Made by a program: the position numbers and the translations under genes | Origin: Lingula anatina | Lineage: Eukaryota; Animalia; Brachiopoda | Length of the DNA: 64,000 nt | Reading direction: 5' to 3' | Assembly (NCBI GenBank): GCA_051362555.1 | Contig: CM120641.1 | Location: 23,628,401-23,692,400 of the forward strand | Part shown: positions 59,616-64,000 of the stretch, piece by piece | Layout: every line of letters starts with the position of its first letter | Position numbering within the stretch: position 1 is the stretch's first letter | The notes under the pieces: model-generated | What the model was told of the DNA's origin: nothing | Database searches by the model: none | Seen by the model: only the letters and a program-made list of their open reading frames with translations

Positions 59616-62600
59616 GTAAGTAGGACTGAAATAAAAACCACCTCTTGTTTACATTCACTGCTACGATGAAATATTGTAATTTTTAATCTTTAAATGATAG
59701 TGATTTGTTTAAAATTATAACAAGATAATTTAAGTTTTTTATGTACAATCTAAAAAAATATTGACAATTGCAAAGTGTTTGAATTTGAAGTTAAAAAATT
59801 TAGGTAAAGAACTATTTCCTTTTAATATCATTGTATCTCCAGGTGCAATCTGGCTGGTTTTCTGGGTGAGATAACACTCTCACAGACAAAGCCAATCTAT
59901 GCCTAATACTTCTAACTGCATAGACTAAGAAAAATCACAAGAGATTTTATTCAAATATTTTGGCAGATGACTGCATCTTGTCTGAAATTGATCCTTCAGG
60001 CTTTAAATTGTGCCCTCACCCAGGTCTGATGGTCTTGTTACATGACCACCAAAAACTTCTTCACATCTTACTCACAGTCAGGTTTTGAAAGATATTAGGA
60101 CAACAGACGAGGATTTACCTCTTTCCAATTTGGTCCTAAAAAGTGTGTTTCTTGCGTGATGTCTGAATAGATATTATGAATTATACATTGCACCCGAAGT
60201 GCAAACCCTCATCTAGTGCTACATGAAACATGAAGTGATTTTTCATGTGGTTTATGCAATAATCTCAGTTTCATTATTTAGCTTGCATTGCAATTAATTT
60301 TGATAAAGGTAAGAAACAGGAAACACTGAGCAAGTTATTTCTGTGAAAAAAGCACGAGTGTTATTCTGTACAACAGTGTGGGCTGGACACTCCTGCATTC
60401 ATGGTGGACTGCACTGAAAAGCTGTGGCATATGTGTGCTCTCTTTTGACCTTGTATTACTCAGCAAGATTGCAGTCCTTGCAGCTCATCCTATCCTTGCC
60501 ATCTGCCCTAACTTTATATTTGCTTTAAAAATATTGGAGTAGGAAGCATTGTTCAGTTGAGATCAATATTTCAGATTATCCCCTGCCCTCGGCACATTCT
60601 GATGGTAGGTAACTACCAAACCGTCATCCAGCCCAAAGCAATTGAAGATGTGATTCAGTCATCATCAGCTTTATGTTACCCCCTCCCTTCCCCATTATCA
60701 GTTACAATTTTCTTTTTTTTTTTTCCAGCACAAAACCAAATTCTTTAAAGCTTTTTTTTTAAATCACAAAACATGTTCACCTTTACCAAAGGGTTGTTTT
60801 CGAAAATTTGTTTATTTATTTTCTTAATTATTAAGTCACAAAATTGGCCTTCTTGGTACATATTTAAATTGTAGGAATTCGTATTCACTTCATTTTTAAA
60901 GATACCTTCCTTTTAATGTGTTGAAGCGAGTTTTAAAAGTTGCTGGATTATGTGCGCAACACCAGGAAATATGGAAGGGGGGGGGGGTGTCTGTGTACTG
61001 TATAGCATTCTTTGTACCCATCCTGGACATAGCTGATCAATGATTGGTATAAGAAGCATCAAGGAAAGCTGTTTTTAACCTGAACTATTTTATATCTTTA
61101 CCTGATGGATACCAAAAAGTTCATCTATTCCACAATTGGACGCACCTGTTTTGAAGGCTAATGGAGATCATCTCAGGTAGATCGTCAGGCATCACGCTGC
61201 TGGATATCACCACCACCTTCATTTCCTATTTGAAACATAAAGTGACACAAAAAATTCAATTTCCTTTATCAGTCCGCACCCCTGATTGCACTTCCAATCA
61301 TACTTAATGGCTTTTCCAGGTTTACTGTCCATTTTGTGCCATTAGAAGGTGAGAAAAATAAATGATGGTCATTTGATGTTTTCCATTTCATTTTGTTTTT
61401 TAGGCGGATCATGTCATCGTTCCTGTGAGGGCCATTGCTGGGGAGCAGGACCAAATATGTGCCAGAGAAGTAAATATAGATTTTTTTCTCTTTAAAAAAT
61501 GTATCATTAATTACTGTTAAGGGCATATATTCCATTTTTGTATGTTTGATCCATAGGATTGCACTTTTTAAAATTTGCTTGTCCACTCTCTTTGATTTGC
61601 CTGTCCAGATAGCAATAAATGATATCAATGAAATTTCAAAGAATTAATATTATATGCATGGATGAGGATTGACAAACACAGCTGTGTTAGAGAAAGCTTC
61701 ATGAAATTGCATAGTTAAAAGAGGCTAAAGAGCTGTATGACAGGAAGAGCCATGATCTAGGTATCATCAAATACTCAAGCAAGGCATCACTGCAGGAAAT
61801 TGATAAGATAATGAAAAGATTTGATCAATGGATTCTGTCAGTTTTGTGAGATATGTTTGGTGTTTGAGCCTTGCAGCTGAGCACACAGCTAGGGACAGGA
61901 CAGGACAGGGCATGGCTCTTGAAATTCACGGCTTTATTTTATTTATATATTATTTGCAGTAGTTTTGAAGGTGTGAGTATAATTACTGAATATTAGAACC
62001 TATATTAGAACCTATCAAGCTCTACTCTGTAACCAGTTTTAAAAATGCTTCTACCTAACTGCTTATCTCTATGACATAACCCCCCCAATCTCTTTTTAAT
62101 TGCTCCTCCAATAGCAAGATAAAAGTATATCACTCAGTACTGTAGTATTATGCCAGATGGCTTTATTTGCCATTAGAAAACACTTCAGTACTGTCTTACA
62201 AGTGTGCACTTAAGGCAAGAGCAAGGTTACAGGCTAACTGATTGATACAGTGGATTTGCTGTGTGAAAGATGTTAGATGTCTATGGGCGCATTCCCAATG
62301 CAACTATTGTTCTATGTAGATCGATCTAAATCTGCAGGGACCCCCAGAATGCAATCAGATTAACAAGTTAACCATCAGTTAATTGAGGAGAATACAGAAA
62401 AGCTTGTGATTATATGAGTATGTTGAAAATAAGAGGAGACCTGTTAATCTGATTGTGCTCAGTGAGAGTCCCTGTGAAGTTGTTCAGAAGTTTGTGAGAC
62501 TGGACTCAAGTTTATGTGGAGCAGGCCAAAAAGCACATCTCATAGATGGATAAATTCTGAGAAAGTCGATATTTTTACCCCTTAACTTGCCCCAACTTGA

Positions 62601-64000
62601 GTAAAAGCATAGATTTTATTTTAAAAGAAACAAGTGAGTAGCGCCAGTTAAATAACTTATGGTGCAGCAGTTTCTTACATAATTAAAAAAAAAAGAAACA
62701 ATAGCTTCTAATTTTATTATGTTCCTTATTTTTGAATATGTTGATGAAGTCTTCTTTTTAGTGTAATTTCCCCTGCCCTGTGTGAGGACAAGTTGGGACA
62801 TAAAAGCATGGTGATGGCTGCCTTGGGCAGAGCACAGCAATAGACACAGGCAGATGGATGTAACATTTAGCTATAATTGCAATGACAGGATGGAGAAAAC
62901 TAGAAAACATTATTTCATTAGCAGCGGAAGTGAAATGAAATATATTGTTCCTTTCATCTTCTGGAGCTAATGCCCTCGAAAACACAATCCTCTAATTAAG
63001 CTGCCAGAATGATGAAACTGAGAAGCAAGCGTCAGGTGAAGTTATGAACACAAAAACAATTAGTTGGGATATGAAATTGTAAAATGTTGACTCCCTGACT
63101 CTGGATGTCACATTATCCACGTAGTTATGCAAATTTAATTATGGTGGAAGGTAACTGTCAGCAGGGAGGCTCTCAGTTAGTGCAAAGAGTCATGAATTAA
63201 GACCTGACATATCATGGTCGGGCTTCTTATGCATTTGCACGTACAGATGCATGCACGCACTCACGCATGCACGTAGGTATGTAAGCACGCAAGCACGCAC
63301 ACACACACACATACGCACACTATTTTTACAAACACTATTTTAAAAACTAGTTTTGCAGTGGCAAGATTCTTTTTGCATATAAAAGTAGTTATTACACATG
63401 ACAGCTTCTTAAAGTGGCATCTCACATTAATTATTTTACTTTAATCCTACTAAGATCTAGTTTTACTTATAAAATCTTTTTCCACCAGTTCCAACCCCAT
63501 TTCTCTTCCAACTTTATTCTACAAATTAAGTGAAATTTTTTAAAATTGATGGCTGTTTCTGTGTAGAAGTGAAGTTCCTGTTTGTTAGTTTAATCTCCAG
63601 ACTGAAAACAAACCCTCACTGTAATAGTTGAACCATTTTGACTCCAACGTAAGATAAAACATATACATAAAAAGTGGTTTACATGTCAGACTGGGTGAAT
63701 CTAAATAACTTCCCCAGTGCTGTCTCGGGGGCTACATGTATGTGTATAATGTCCTAGTAAGAAGTTGCGGTTGGGGAATATATAAGTATAGCATGTTGTA
63801 GAGTATTAGGCAGACCCTGGTATGCAGATTATATATATACTGTGAGAGCAACTTTGCTTTGGTGACCTTCATTAATTATGATGGCCTAGGGATGACGCTG
63901 GGCCTTCTGTCACCTCACTAAAAGAGTAGGCAGGTTTGATAACTGGCATCATCCTGAATTCATAGACCAGGGTGGCATTATGCTGTTTGATAAGCATTTT

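Noticed and set aside
59616-64000. Further EGFR exons (furin-like CWG..CQ)
   Set aside because: No in-frame Cys-rich exon with splice sites found; next exon is presumably beyond the window.

Overview
Eukaryotic (animal, probably lophotrochozoan/mollusc-like invertebrate; inferred from gene content, intron style and repeats) AT-rich genomic DNA with three spliced genes. (1) 1-16123 +: the 3' part (36 visible exons) of an axonemal inner-arm dynein heavy chain, DNAH7-like. (2) 21590-18202 -: ribosomal protein S26, with a TCT/5'TOP start, an apparent intron just after the stop codon, and a decayed ~1.7 kb DNA transposon in intron 2. (3) 24353 to beyond the window end, +: an EGF-receptor gene with two alternative signal-peptide first exons 26 kb apart, both in phase with the L1-domain exon. 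The rest is intron/intergenic DNA with several MITEs, local duplications and microsatellites. Best leads: a candidate 6-nt (Lys-Arg) dynein microexon with a long AG-free zone and a downstream GCATG (RBFOX-type) cluster; the dual-promoter EGFR with a dense CAGGTG cluster before the second first exon; and the RPS26 3'-end architecture. I found no evidence of a wholly new multi-gene system. All coordinates and motif counts were read by eye.
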